A stretch of DNA of 61,644 nt, counting the filler, from Pirum gemmata (taxonomy: Eukaryota): NCBI GenBank assembly GCA_002812295.1. It is 17 parts of 17 records of this genome, joined end to end, with 100 filler letters (N's around TTAATTAATTAA, not from the genome) between each part and the next. Parts side by side here need not be neighbours in the genome. Positions count along the whole stretch, not along the records: positions 37,945 to 41,023 come from PDIN01003620.1; positions 41,124 to 44,202 come from PDIN01003621.1; positions 44,303 to 51,244 come from PDIN01003622.1; 14 more parts are not named here. One strand, given 5' to 3'. The position numbers and the translations under genes are program-made. Below are positions 39,241-50,329 of the stretch, piece by piece (the stretch's first letter is position 1; every line of letters begins with the position of its first letter). Below the pieces are notes generated by a model that was given only the letters and a program-made list of their open reading frames with translations, had not been told where the DNA came from and did not search any database.

Positions 39241-40460
39241 GCTGTTGTTGTTGTTGTTGTTGTTGTTGTTTCTGGTGTAGTAGTTCTTGCCCAACTTTTT
39301 CCGTTTCGGATTCTAAAAAATCTACTTTCTCCATTACGACTATGTTGGTACAACCTCACAGCGTTCAAAGCTCTTACTACCCGGAATAAAGTTGCTTTCT
39401 CACAAGCTTGTATGATTTGTTGTTCAGGAAACTCTTGCCATGTTAACGAACCCAGGATATCTACTGGTAAAGGAACATGTTTAAATTTACTTAATTTACT
39501 AATCTTATTGACAATCCTAGCGTTAAATTTATTGCCTTTCTTGTTTTTTTTAATTGAAAGCCAGATAGGTTTAAAGCGATTAAAGCTTTGCGCTAGTTTA
39601 TTTAAATCATTCCTAGCTAAGTTCAAATGTCTTAAAGAATAACTCGTTTCAGATATCTTTTTGTACGTGTAACTGTTTTTGATGACAAGAGTTTCTCCTC
39701 CAGTACATTTATGATATACATAGCGAAACAACATTTGTGGGTTATTAGGTAGGATATTAGTTAAATCACTGATTATCACCATAGCTTCTTTGTTAGCTAT
39801 TTCTTCTTTTCCAGTAAATACATACCCTAAGCTTTGTAAAACAGAAATGATTTCTTTAATGGTTTCTTGCTTCATGGCCATTCCACTGGAAAATAAAGCG
39901 AGGCCAGCGTCAATAATCTCACTAACGGACAAGCTTTTAATAACTTTAAACTTATATTCTTGTTTAAGTAACATTTCCAAATCAGTATTTTCTAAGTCCA
40001 TTGGTGCCAATTTAAATTGCTCTTTTTTTATTTCACCTGTAGGATAATAAGTTTCACCATCAACTAGGTCATATTGTGACGATGCTTTACAAAACTCGTA
40101 CAATCCATATTGAGGTATCAAAATATGATCGTTTATCCTTTGTAAGTGTAAAGAAGTATAATACAATATTAAATCAATGAAATGTTCTTGATGTGTTCGT
40201 TCTTTTACAGCCTGCCATGATTTATAAAAAGTAGCGTTGACGTCCACTTGTTGTTTATCAAAATAAGACTGAATTTCTTTTTCGTAATGTTTAGCAGAAT
40301 CGGTAATAAGAACCAAATGTTCATTTTTCTTAAAATTTAATAAATGAAGTTTTTCGTTTTCGATATTACTATCAATTCCACTTCGAGGTACTGCGTTAAA
40401 CAAACTAAGAATTGTGTGTACACAGTCTTCTGGTACATTATTGTAGTTAGTCGACGTCAT
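38316..40460 (-). CDS. Intronless 714-aa protein with C-terminal TerD-like motifs, resembling prokaryotic/phage proteins
   Basis: Intact ORF with complex globular composition. C-terminal VGVHW...YDLSA...KIGWD...LLHSGDMVSAP..GAAE resembles TerD-type beta-sandwich motifs. It has an internal poly-Thr microsatellite. The ORF is certain; the family is tentative. Confidence 0.75.
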
Positions 40461-40558
40461 TATTTATTTATATAATATTATATTTTTTAGTTTTAGTTTA
40501 TTATTGTTATTAGTGTCACTTTTATTATTATTACTTTTTTTTATTTTTTCATAATAAT

Positions 40559-40594
<36 letters not shown>

Positions 40595-40941
40595 CATTTT
40601 TATATCTAACTAAATCTTATTGATAATAATATAATAAATTATTATTATACTATGACATATCTGATACATATTATTATTATTAGTCTATGCAAAGAAAAAA
40701 ACTATAAAAAAAAACTTGTAAACTCTTCCAGTAGTAGCTATGGTGCAGGACGCCTAAAATTCACCAACTTTTGAAAAGTGGCCAAATTTTTTCTGGCGGC
40801 CTGAACATTTCGAACAAAGTAAATTTATATATTCGAAATAGAATATTATTATTACTATGTCCCGAAAAGTTAGGGCTTTTTAAACGCAATGCATCATAGC
40901 TACTAGATAGAGTATAGACAAGAATTTCAAGAAACCCTTTG

Positions 40942-40979
<38 letters not shown>

Positions 40980-41430
40980 ACAGACTATCATAGTCTAGAA
41001 AAAATAAAAAAAAAAAATAAAAANNNNNNNNNNNNNNNNNNNNNNNNNNNNNNNNNNNNNNNNNNNNTTAATTAATTAANNNNNNNNNNNNNNNNNNNNN
41101 NNNNNNNNNNNNNNNNNNNNNNNATATATTTTTTAGAAAAAACGTCATTTTTTTTTTACTATTTAACGGATGATACCATATAACCTAACCCGCTAGCTAG
41201 CTAGCTTGATACTATACTAGCTAGCTAGCTAGCTAGAGGTCTAGCTAGTATCTACTAGCTAGACTAGCTATACGTAGCTATCATCAGACTATCATAGCTC
41301 AGTATAATATTATAATGACAGTAGTCTAGCTAGACTATTATCGTAGTAAAAATAAAAATAAAAAAAAGACTTACCTTCTTACTGAGCAAGCCAGAGCCAG
41401 AGATCCAGAGTCCAGTATCATATCTATCAT

Positions 41431-41695
41431 ACCCTTCTTCAACAAGTTAACAAAGGTTTGGTCTGAGAAGTTACCGATATGCATAAAGACAGAAAGACCT
41501 GAATTCGATTTATTGGGCTTTCCTCTTTAAAGAAGCTGTCTTTAAAATCTTGGTACACAGTCAAGGTTTAAGTAAAAGGATACATACGAATGGATATCTA
41601 ATTTGAATGTATCTCCGGGCCTTGTTATCATATTATTTGTCGCAAGCCATCACGTTAAACGCTCAGCAAAAAATAGAAAACGAAGAAATAATTAA
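41431..41695 (+). pseudogene. IS607-family TnpA serine recombinase, degraded C-terminal half
   Basis: Across frameshifts: TLLQQVNKGLV*EVTDMHKDR / EFDLL / LFKEAVFKILVHSQ / ALLS / LFVASHHVKRSAKNRKRRNN*. The order matches IS607 TnpA (LL...G.V.EVVV..KDRL.RFGFEL...IVV...DLLSI..F.A...G.RS). The N-terminal HTH and catalytic YARVSS region are absent. Confidence 0.7.
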
Positions 41696-41736
41696 AACAA
41701 CAACAACTTGTCCAGGACTCAAGCTAATATCAAAAT

Positions 41737-43075
41737 GTGAGAAGAACTGCTCGTAATAGAAGTGAAGAAAAACAAAATCAAGTTTTAAGAATTTGGAAAT
41801 TGCGTTGGTACCCGTCATCAGAACAGCTATTAGAACTGAAACCTATCATTAACGTTGTATTGGTACTTATCGTACGCGTTGAGCCTATAATCAATGTGCT
41901 GAGTACTACCGTACTAATTTAATGTCAATAGCTTTCCTAATACGAGAAAAGGAAAGCCAGAACTACCATATTAAATTATTAATACGATTAAAATTGTTTT
42001 AAATTTTAATTAAGATCTAGATTATATTTAAAAAATCTGATTTTAAAACAAACAAAACAATCCATGGTATTTTGATATTCCGGGATCCATCACTGACGCT
42101 AGTATTAATGAATTTGTTGATGCTTTAAACTCAGCTGAAGCTGTTAAAATGAGAAGTTAAGTGATACCTGTGACCCTGAAATTGAATATAGTGTTAGTTG
42201 TTAGTTTTCGTCGTAAGTGTAATTATAATTATTATATTGTAATATTAAGGTGACTGAACGAACTTTTAAAATGGTGCACAGAATTCACGTAAATACAAGG
42301 CAAAGTCAAGACAAGATGTGCAGATTTTATTAAATCAAAATCAGTACTAGTATATTGAATCAACGCCAAAGGCAATAAGGGACTGGAATCAGGTTAATGG
42401 AAAAGCAGGCTTATTTACCACCACATATTAAAAACACAATTGAAATTTCAATGACTAGATTGATGTCATTGCTATTACCACTTACCACAAGAACCACGTG
42501 GTAGTGCAATGTTCATCGTATATATGATTGCTATGGATCCAGGTGTTCGTACATTCCAAACTTTATATAATATGATACTGATGGAGTAGTGTATCATTAT
42601 TGGGGTGATGGAGATATGACACGAATATTGGAAATGTGTTTGGATTTGGATAAATTACAATCATTAATTGATACAAACCAACATAGGAAAGGTAAAAAAT
42701 ATAAGCGGCAAAGAAAAAACATGAGATGTGCTTGGTATAAACAAATCGGCAGAATACATAATAAGATTGATGATGTTCATCGTAAGTTGATTAGTTGGTT
42801 AGCTCATAATTACAAAGCTATTCTTATTCCTGAATTTAATTGATACTAGGGGAATGGTAAGAAAAGGTCATCGTAAATTAAGCACTAAAACTGTGCGTGG
42901 AATGTGTTCCTGGGCTCACCATCGGTTTGGTATTGTTATCACAGCTAAAGCTGAAGTAATCAAAGGTTGTCAGGTTATACTTTGCGATGAAGCTTACACT
43001 GGTAGTCGTACTTGTGGTAAGTGTGGTTTTATCAATCCAAAATTTACTGTTAAAACTTTTAGACTTCGGCAATGA
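41737..43075 (+). pseudogene. Fanzor2 (IS607 TnpB-like) RNA-guided nuclease pseudogene
   Basis: Colinear motifs: WKLRWYPSSEQ...L / RCIGTYR..*AYNQC (N-terminal), NPWYFDIP...DASINEFVDAL, SFRRK, RuvC-I IAMDPGVRTF (Asp codon 42536-42538), WGDGDMTRI...LDKLQS, RIHNKIDDVHRK...ILIPEF, MVRK..RKLSTKTVRGMCSWAHHRF, DEAYTGSRTCGKCG (rearranged RuvC-II Glu and zinc finger). Multiple stops and frameshifts; RuvC-III not seen. Confidence 0.92.
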
Positions 43076-43555
43076 CTTTGTGCAAATGAAAAAACAATGG
43101 AGTCTTTGCTTTGTGGCTTTCATCCCCGAAACTTTTTTATTTGATGGCTCGATAACATCAAAAAAGTTTCGAGTGAAAGAGCTAATAGTTTTTTTATTTA
43201 TGATAATGATATGATAATCAAAATCGGTTGAAAATCAGAATCAAGGATTTCTTGAAAAAAGAGTAGGCACAGAAGACTCACAGAAGGCACCCCCCCCCCT
43301 CTTTAGAGTTTACAAAAACATTCCGTTTTGTAAACAAGACTTATTATAAAATCTTATAAAAATCATTTTTTTCCCCAATTAATTAAAAAAAAACGATATC
43401 AATAATAATTGAAACTATTTACAAGACTTCATTGAGATTTACAAGACTTGAGATTTACAAGATAAGCAAACATTAATTAAACATAGTGACTTCATGTAAC
43501 TTCATGTACATCAAATGACAATATAATCGAAAAAGAATACACCAATAATAGCAAT

Positions 43556-43993
43556 ATGTATGGTTTTAGCCCCAGATCCGTTATGACCACCACCACCACC
43601 ACCACCAACAACAACACCAACTACACCAACTACACCAAGAACACTAAGAACACCCCCAACACCCCCAACAACAACAGTAACCGCAACCGCATTGATAGTA
43701 AAACAAATACTAACATCAGTGCCATTGCCAATAATACTAATAGTAACGAAAAAATTCCTATTCCAAATTTTGACAAAATGTCTTCTCTATACACGACACC
43801 AAACAATCAGAACATTTCTTTTGTTAGTACTAGCAGCAACAATAACCTTAACAGTAACTACGTTCACGCCAATAATAATAATAATAATAATAATAATACT
43901 AAGAATATCAATAATAATAACAACAACAATAATAAAAACAGTGGAATCTGTAGTAGTGGTAGTAGTAGTAGTGGTAGTAATTGCAATAACATA

Positions 43994-44029
<36 letters not shown>

Positions 44030-44202
44030 TATAATAATAGTAATGATAATAATAATAGTAAAGGTAGTATCGATAGTGAAAGCGATAGTGTTTGCGTTGA
44101 TTTAGATTTGGAAAGTATAAATACTGAATGCTTATGTGAAGCAGGAAATTTGATTTGCCGCTGGGATGGTGAATCATTGATTTGTACGAATGTGGCTTTG
44201 AA
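43556..44202 (+). CDS. N-terminal part of an Asn-rich protein of unknown function (truncated by contig end)
   Basis: ATG-initiated ORF of more than 200 codons mixing poly-N with complex sequence and ending in CLCEAGNLICRWDGESLICTNVAL at the gap. Confidence 0.55.
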
Positions 44203-45016
44203 NNNNNNNNNNNNNNNNNNNNNNNNNNNNNNNNNNNNNNNNNNNNTTAATTAATTAANNNNNNNNNNNNNNNNNNNNNNNNNNNNNNNNNNNNNNNNNN
44301 NNAGTAATAAGAATAAATAACAAATAACAAATAACAAATAACAAATAATAATAATAATAATAATGGCTTAGACACTATAAACCAAACCAAACATTACACC
44401 ATTACAATAATCGGGTAACAAGTAATTTAACAGCGCCCAAAACAAAAATACCCCAAATATAATAATTGATTACTAAAGCTATATACTGACAAAAACCAAA
44501 ATACTAACTGTCCACCTAAGCCTAACGCAAGCTACACAAAAAAAACTCCCACTTTCTCAAAATTGCACATAATTAGCACAATACTAACATAACTGGCTTA
44601 CTAAAAATTATATAAAAAACTTCACTATTTAGATGTGTAAAATACTATTGCTTAAGAAATACTATGATACAACAACAAAAAAAAACTGGAGAAAGCTAAA
44701 AAGTAAAAAGTAAACTCGGACGACGACATAACTACATAAAAAACATTTTTTTATACATGTCAAATAAGTCTACCAAAGAAGCATTCATTTTTTCGTTACT
44801 TATAGTACCATATTTGAAATTAAAAAGGTGAGTGATGTGTACGCCATTATCCCTCTCATACCTTCCGATATTTCCGAATATGGTATTATACTAAATGATA
44901 AAAGGGAATGCTACTTTCCGAGACCTAGTTAGGTCACACATTGTATATACATAATATAATGATGTCATCCACGTCATTGCCTGGATGCACATAATAGATG
45001 AAGAAAAGTCACTGAT

Positions 45017-47120
45017 TCACCCACCCGTTTGTGTTGCAACGGCGTCAATAGAGTCACCCTCTGTTCCATATAAAAGAAATATATATATATATATTCAAGT
45101 CAAAATAAACACCCTCTCACATAAAAATAAATACAATACCAAGAAATAATAATAAGCTAAACACACAAAAATAAACACCCCTCTATTCCCATATCAAAGA
45201 TAAATATAAACAAATAAGCCACTTGTAAAAAAAAACCTTCTCTGTGCCCACATAAAAGATTAATATAATATTAATAAATAAAATAGATAAAATAGATAAA
45301 ATAGATAAAATAGATAAACAAATAAGGCAATCACAAGAAAATAAACACCCTCTGTTTCCACATAAAAGATAAATATGAAGTTAATAAATAAAATAAATAA
45401 ATAAGCCAATGACAATGAAAAATAAACACCCTTCCCACATAAAAGATAAATATAATGTTAAGAATAAAATAGGTAAAAAAATAAACCAATCCCATTAATG
45501 TTAAGAAACAAAAATAAATAAATAAATAAACCAATCACATGAAAACAAACACTCTCTGTTCCCACATTTAAGAAATAAAATAAGTTAATAAACCAATCAC
45601 ATGAAAATAAATATTTTTTAAATAGTAAGTTCAAAGAAAGAAAAAAAAAAGGCTAGCAATGAACAGTCATTGAATTTAAAACAATGCATAATATTTTTAT
45701 GGAGCATATGAAATCACAAACTATAATAGAATGCTGCAAAATTAAGATCATATTTATATAGGGTACATAGAAGCTATAATATCAAACAATATACTAATGC
45801 ATAACATAATAGAATGAAAATGAAACGAAGTATAAGACCAAACATAACAACTTTAAACTCGTTTTTAAACTACAATATAGATAAATCTTCTACAGGAAAG
45901 GGAAAACTTAAAAAAGGCCGAAAATAAAAAATAAAAAATTTAAAAAACGGTGAAAATAAAAACTGAAGACAGTATTGATTAATGTATACCTTCCAGTTCC
46001 AACTGACCGGCAGTTTGAGAAGGTGCAATTCTTTCACCGTCAAATAAAAATCTTACAGAATTTTCTTCCAAACTCTTTTTTGAACAGTACATCTTGAAAA
46101 CCTGCAAATTATAATTATACAAGAACATGGTTTACATTAATATTATGTAGAGATTTGATATTGAATTTATCTTTTCATTTAAGTTTATAATAAAATTTGA
46201 CTTTCCGTTATACAATTATTATTGTTATCGATATTTATCGCCATAGTATCTATCTACCTTGCATTTTCTATTTAATATTTCACTATCCTTAATTTGGTTT
46301 ATAGAATAGAAAGCTATGGAAAAAGTGAATTTGAAAATAACTTTTTCGGTTACTTACTTTATTAAATGACGTAGTTTTTTTTATTCGAAACTGCACTTCT
46401 CCGCCATTAACATCAACGATCTGATCACAATAAAATAAGGCAAAAAGTAGACGCAAGAATAATGACGAATAAGGAACCATTAGTAACATCAGCAACAACA
46501 AAAACAGCAACATATTAAATAACATAATAACATAATAACATAATAACATAATACATAATAACATAATAACATAATAACATAATAATATAATAATATAATA
46601 ACAAAATAACAAAATAACAAAAATAACAAAATAACAAAATAACAAAATAACAAAATAACAAAATAACAAAAAAACAAAATAACAAAATAACAAAATAACA
46701 AAATAACAAAATAACAAAATAGCAAAATAGCAAAATAACAAAATAACAGAATAACAGAATACACAGGTATGAACAGGTATGAAGAAGCCAAAAAAATAGC
46801 TGTAACATTTCAACAAATATGAAAATAACAATATTACAGTGAAAACTACAAAGTAAAAAGAAGAAAACAAAAACAATTTCTTACAATAAATAATACACAA
46901 AAGCAAAAAATAAAAAACAAAACTTATCAAAACCAGAAAAACAAACCAACTAAACAAAACAAAAAAAGAAACAACGGCGAAATAAACAAATATCTATCAT
47001 AGAAACCCGCAAGGATTTTTTGATTTTGCTTTATATTTTAAATGAATCACATAATAAAAACTCAACAAACCTTGATTTTAATTTGCTCTACTGCGTTTTC
47101 CTTTTTTTCCGGAACAGCAG
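45017..47120 (-). CDS. SUMO: SUMO (Smt3-like) ubiquitin-like modifier; four exons seen, start exon not located
   Basis: Exons 47120-47071, 46420-46358, 46101-45990 and 45060-45017 splice in frame to AVPEKKENAVEQIKIKIVDVNGGEVQFRIKKTTSFNKVFKMYCSKKSLEENSVRFLFDGERIAPSQTAGQLELEEGDSIDAVATQTGG*. Confidence 0.93.
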
Positions 47121-47308
47121 CTAAAAATAAATAAATAAATAAAATAAATAAAATAAATAAAATAAAAGATATAAAAGATATAAAAGATATAAGAAATAAA
47201 TGAAATAAATGAAATAAATGAAATAAATGAAATAAATGAAATAAATGAAATAAATGAAATAAATGAAATAAATGAAATAAATGAAATAAATGAAATAAAT
47301 GAAATANT

Positions 47309-47715
47309 GGCCTCAACTAAAAAATTTTGTTTGTTTTTGCCTACCATTCTCATTCTTCTCGCTAAATCATCCGGAACTTTCACCTTATTCATCCTTTCTC
47401 TGGTTACATCAATGTACTTATCAATCTTCCATCCCTTTGTATTAAACTAACGTCCTTTCCTAACAAAAAATCATTAGTTGGTCCTCCTCTTCGTAATGAA
47501 TGTGACGTCACAAAACCTTCAGGTAACCCAATTTCTATTAACATCACTCCTCCATTCATTTTCACATATTCTTTATAAAACTCTATCATCTCTCTTACTA
47601 AGGTATTCCTAATAATCACCGTATGACTACTCCCTCTTTTTGTTTTCTTTAACTCAATAAAAGGTTGTTGTCCTTGTCTATTCTCTATCTCTAACACTAA
47701 ATCGCTCACATTCAA
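47309..47715 (-). mobile_element. Tyrosine recombinase remnant (DIRS/Ngaro/Crypton-type)
   Basis: LNVSDL...IELKKTKRG...VTSHSLRRGGPT...GKDVSLIQRDGR, then after a frameshift DKYID. Catalytic K, H-x-x-R and Y are in order, with internal deletions. Confidence 0.8.
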
Positions 47716-47889
47716 CTCAAGCCTTTACGACCCCATTCACCATTCCAGACTCGATCCCTGCAATGATTACTCTCCCGATCCCGATCCCTATCTCGATCTC
47801 GGTCTCGATCCCGGTTTCCCCTACTTCCGTAGTCGGACTCATAACGGCGGCCATAGCAAGACTTAATCTACTCTCCATCTATCCTAACT

Positions 47890-48290
47890 ATATAATAGAA
47901 TATATTATAATAGTCGTTTGACGAAAAGTTTTATCACCTAACACTACTAAAATTATTATCATTAGTTCCACAAGCTAGTGTGACCAAGCCGGAGGATCGA
48001 CCACTTTCCCCCTGGAAACAAATATATAATAGAATATCTTATAATAGCCGTTTTAACTAATTGATGAAAAGTTCTATCACCTAAAACTACTAAAACTATT
48101 ATCATTAGCTCCACAAGCTAGCTTTACCAAGCCGGAGGATCGACTACTTTCCCCCAGGAAACAAATATATAATAGAATATATTATAATAGCCGTTTTAAC
48201 TAATTGATGAAAAGTTCTATCACCTAACACTACTAAAACTATTATCATTAGCTCCACAAGCTAGTTTTACCAAGCCGGAGGATCGACTAC
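47890..48290. repeat. Three tandem ~135-145-bp copies
   Basis: tataatagaatat...tcacctaa.actactaaaa...ccacaagctag...ccaagccggaggatcgac begins near 47890, 48024 and 48167. Confidence 0.9.
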
Positions 48291-48291
48291 N

Positions 48292-48323
<32 letters not shown>

Positions 48324-48501
48324 TTATTCTTAGTATTATTATTATTATTATTATTATATTATTTTTATTATTATTACACTGGTGACAATTAACAAAATAG
48401 GATACTTATAAACAATTACTTAAAGACACAGAATAAAATTACAATATCTATAATTACAACAATTATAACATTAATCCTTAACCCTTATTATTTCATGACA
48501 G

Positions 48502-49125
48502 GAAAGTACAACCTCTTCTGATGATCAAAGTGATATTGCGACGAATACACCGACTTTACACGCTCTTGAAATCCATACAGCTAATTTTCAACAGCCTCGT
48601 TCGAAAAAAAAAAATGAGAATCAAAGTGGAGATTTTGAATTATCGAATATTGATTTGGATAATATAATTAATGACATACACTTTTTGTCTGAAGATTTAA
48701 ATCAGGTTTTTTATTATTATTGATAAATGTTATGTTATTACTGTTGTTTATGTTGTTTCTGGTGTTGTATAATTATTGTTATTTTAATAAGATTTCGATC
48801 TTGTTACCTTACAATTTCTTTTGGGAAAGTTTTGCAATGTATACGTAATATTACTACGTAGTCAATTATTAATATAAGGCATGTACAGTAAATTATGCAA
48901 TAATATATATCTAATATTTTTCAAATTTGAAATGTTATATATATATATATATATTAGATTTACAACTTCGGCGAACAAAAGAAAACTCAAAGGATATCAA
49001 CGGTGGGAAACGGACTGTTCAATTCCTTTTATAATACATGTTGCTGTTGTTTTGACGTGGAAGAAGATGATGATTTTGAAAACACAAAGGATGGAATTAG
49101 TAAAAGAAATTCTTTTATCATATAA
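48502..49125 (+). CDS. Last two exons of an unidentified gene with a CCCC cluster near the C-terminus
   Basis: Exons 48502-48705 (68 codons, AG/GT) and 48958-49125 (AG, 55 codons plus TAA) join in phase 0: ESTTSSDDQSD...FLSEDLNQ|IYNFGEQKK...FYNTCCCCFDVEEDDDF...SFII*. Confidence 0.65.
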
Positions 49126-50030
49126 TTTTTTTTTTTTTAGATAAAATATTTAATTTGAAATTATTATTAATTATATACATATTATAATTANNNNNNNNNN
49201 NNNNNNNNNNNNNNNNNNNNNNNNNNNNNNNNNNNNNNNNNNNNNNNNNNNNNNNNNNNNNNNNNNNNNNNNNNNNNNNNNNNNNNNNNNNNNNNNNNNN
49301 NNNNNNNNNNNNNNNNNNNNNNNNNNNNNNNNNNNNNNNNNNNNNNNNNNNNNNNNNNNNNNNNNNNNNNNNNNNNNNNNNNNNNNNNNNNNNNNNNNNN
49401 NNNNNTAGCTAGAGCTACTACTAGAATACAGTTGAGGGGACATAGATACCGCTGAAAGTCAAGTCTACACTCGACACTACTAGCTAGCTAGCTAGCTACT
49501 AGAGTACTGGTAGAGTGTAGATAGTTAGTTGTATTATTAATTAACTTGTACAGTCTCAGTATAGACAGACCGTTTGTAAAATGTTTGAAGAAAAAGGAAA
49601 AAAAAAAAATTCTTTCTTTCTTTTTCATTTTTTCAGTTATTATAACTTTAATGATAATAACTAGTTAATTAGTAAGAGTGTAACAATATAATAATAATAA
49701 TAATAGACTAATATCAGATATAAATTATACAAATGGGTGTAAACCAGATGTGAGTTTTTCCAAAGGTTTTTCGGACCTTTTCTAATACCATATTATTATA
49801 ATAATATAATATTATAATATGTAATATTATATAGTATATTATTATAAGCACGTACGTATACTTTATAGGCACCTATTATACCTACCTGTCTCCACCTTAA
49901 ACTATTTTAATGTAGCCAAATAAAAATAGTGTTTCATTTTTGCATGCAAGTTGATGCAACATTTAAGTTTCATATATTATTATAGTCATTATACTGTCAT
50001 TATAATTATAAACTATATGATATTAATACG

Positions 50031-50090
<60 letters not shown>

Positions 50091-50329
50091 AAAATTATTA
50101 GTTACATTACTATTATTATTATCATTCTTATCATAATGGTTAAGAGATAATATTTGTAATTTCAACGAGAAAAATTATAATAATATTAATTTGAAAAACA
50201 CAAATTGAAATAATTTATATTTGTAAATCAAAAACACTGTTATTAAAAACGTCACAAAGATATCAATATTGTTTTATTACTATTTTTTTAATTAAAAAAA
50301 ATAACAAAAATTAAATTTTAGTATTCAAA

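Noticed and set aside
39178..40047. Plus-strand ORFs overlapping the 714-aa gene (likewise those antisense to the 812-aa and 625-aa ORFs)
   Set aside because: Antisense shadows of real coding frames.
38316..43075. 714-aa TerD-like gene and the IS607/Fanzor element as one viral or defence island
   Set aside because: An artificial linker at 41024-41123 separates them, so physical linkage is not shown.
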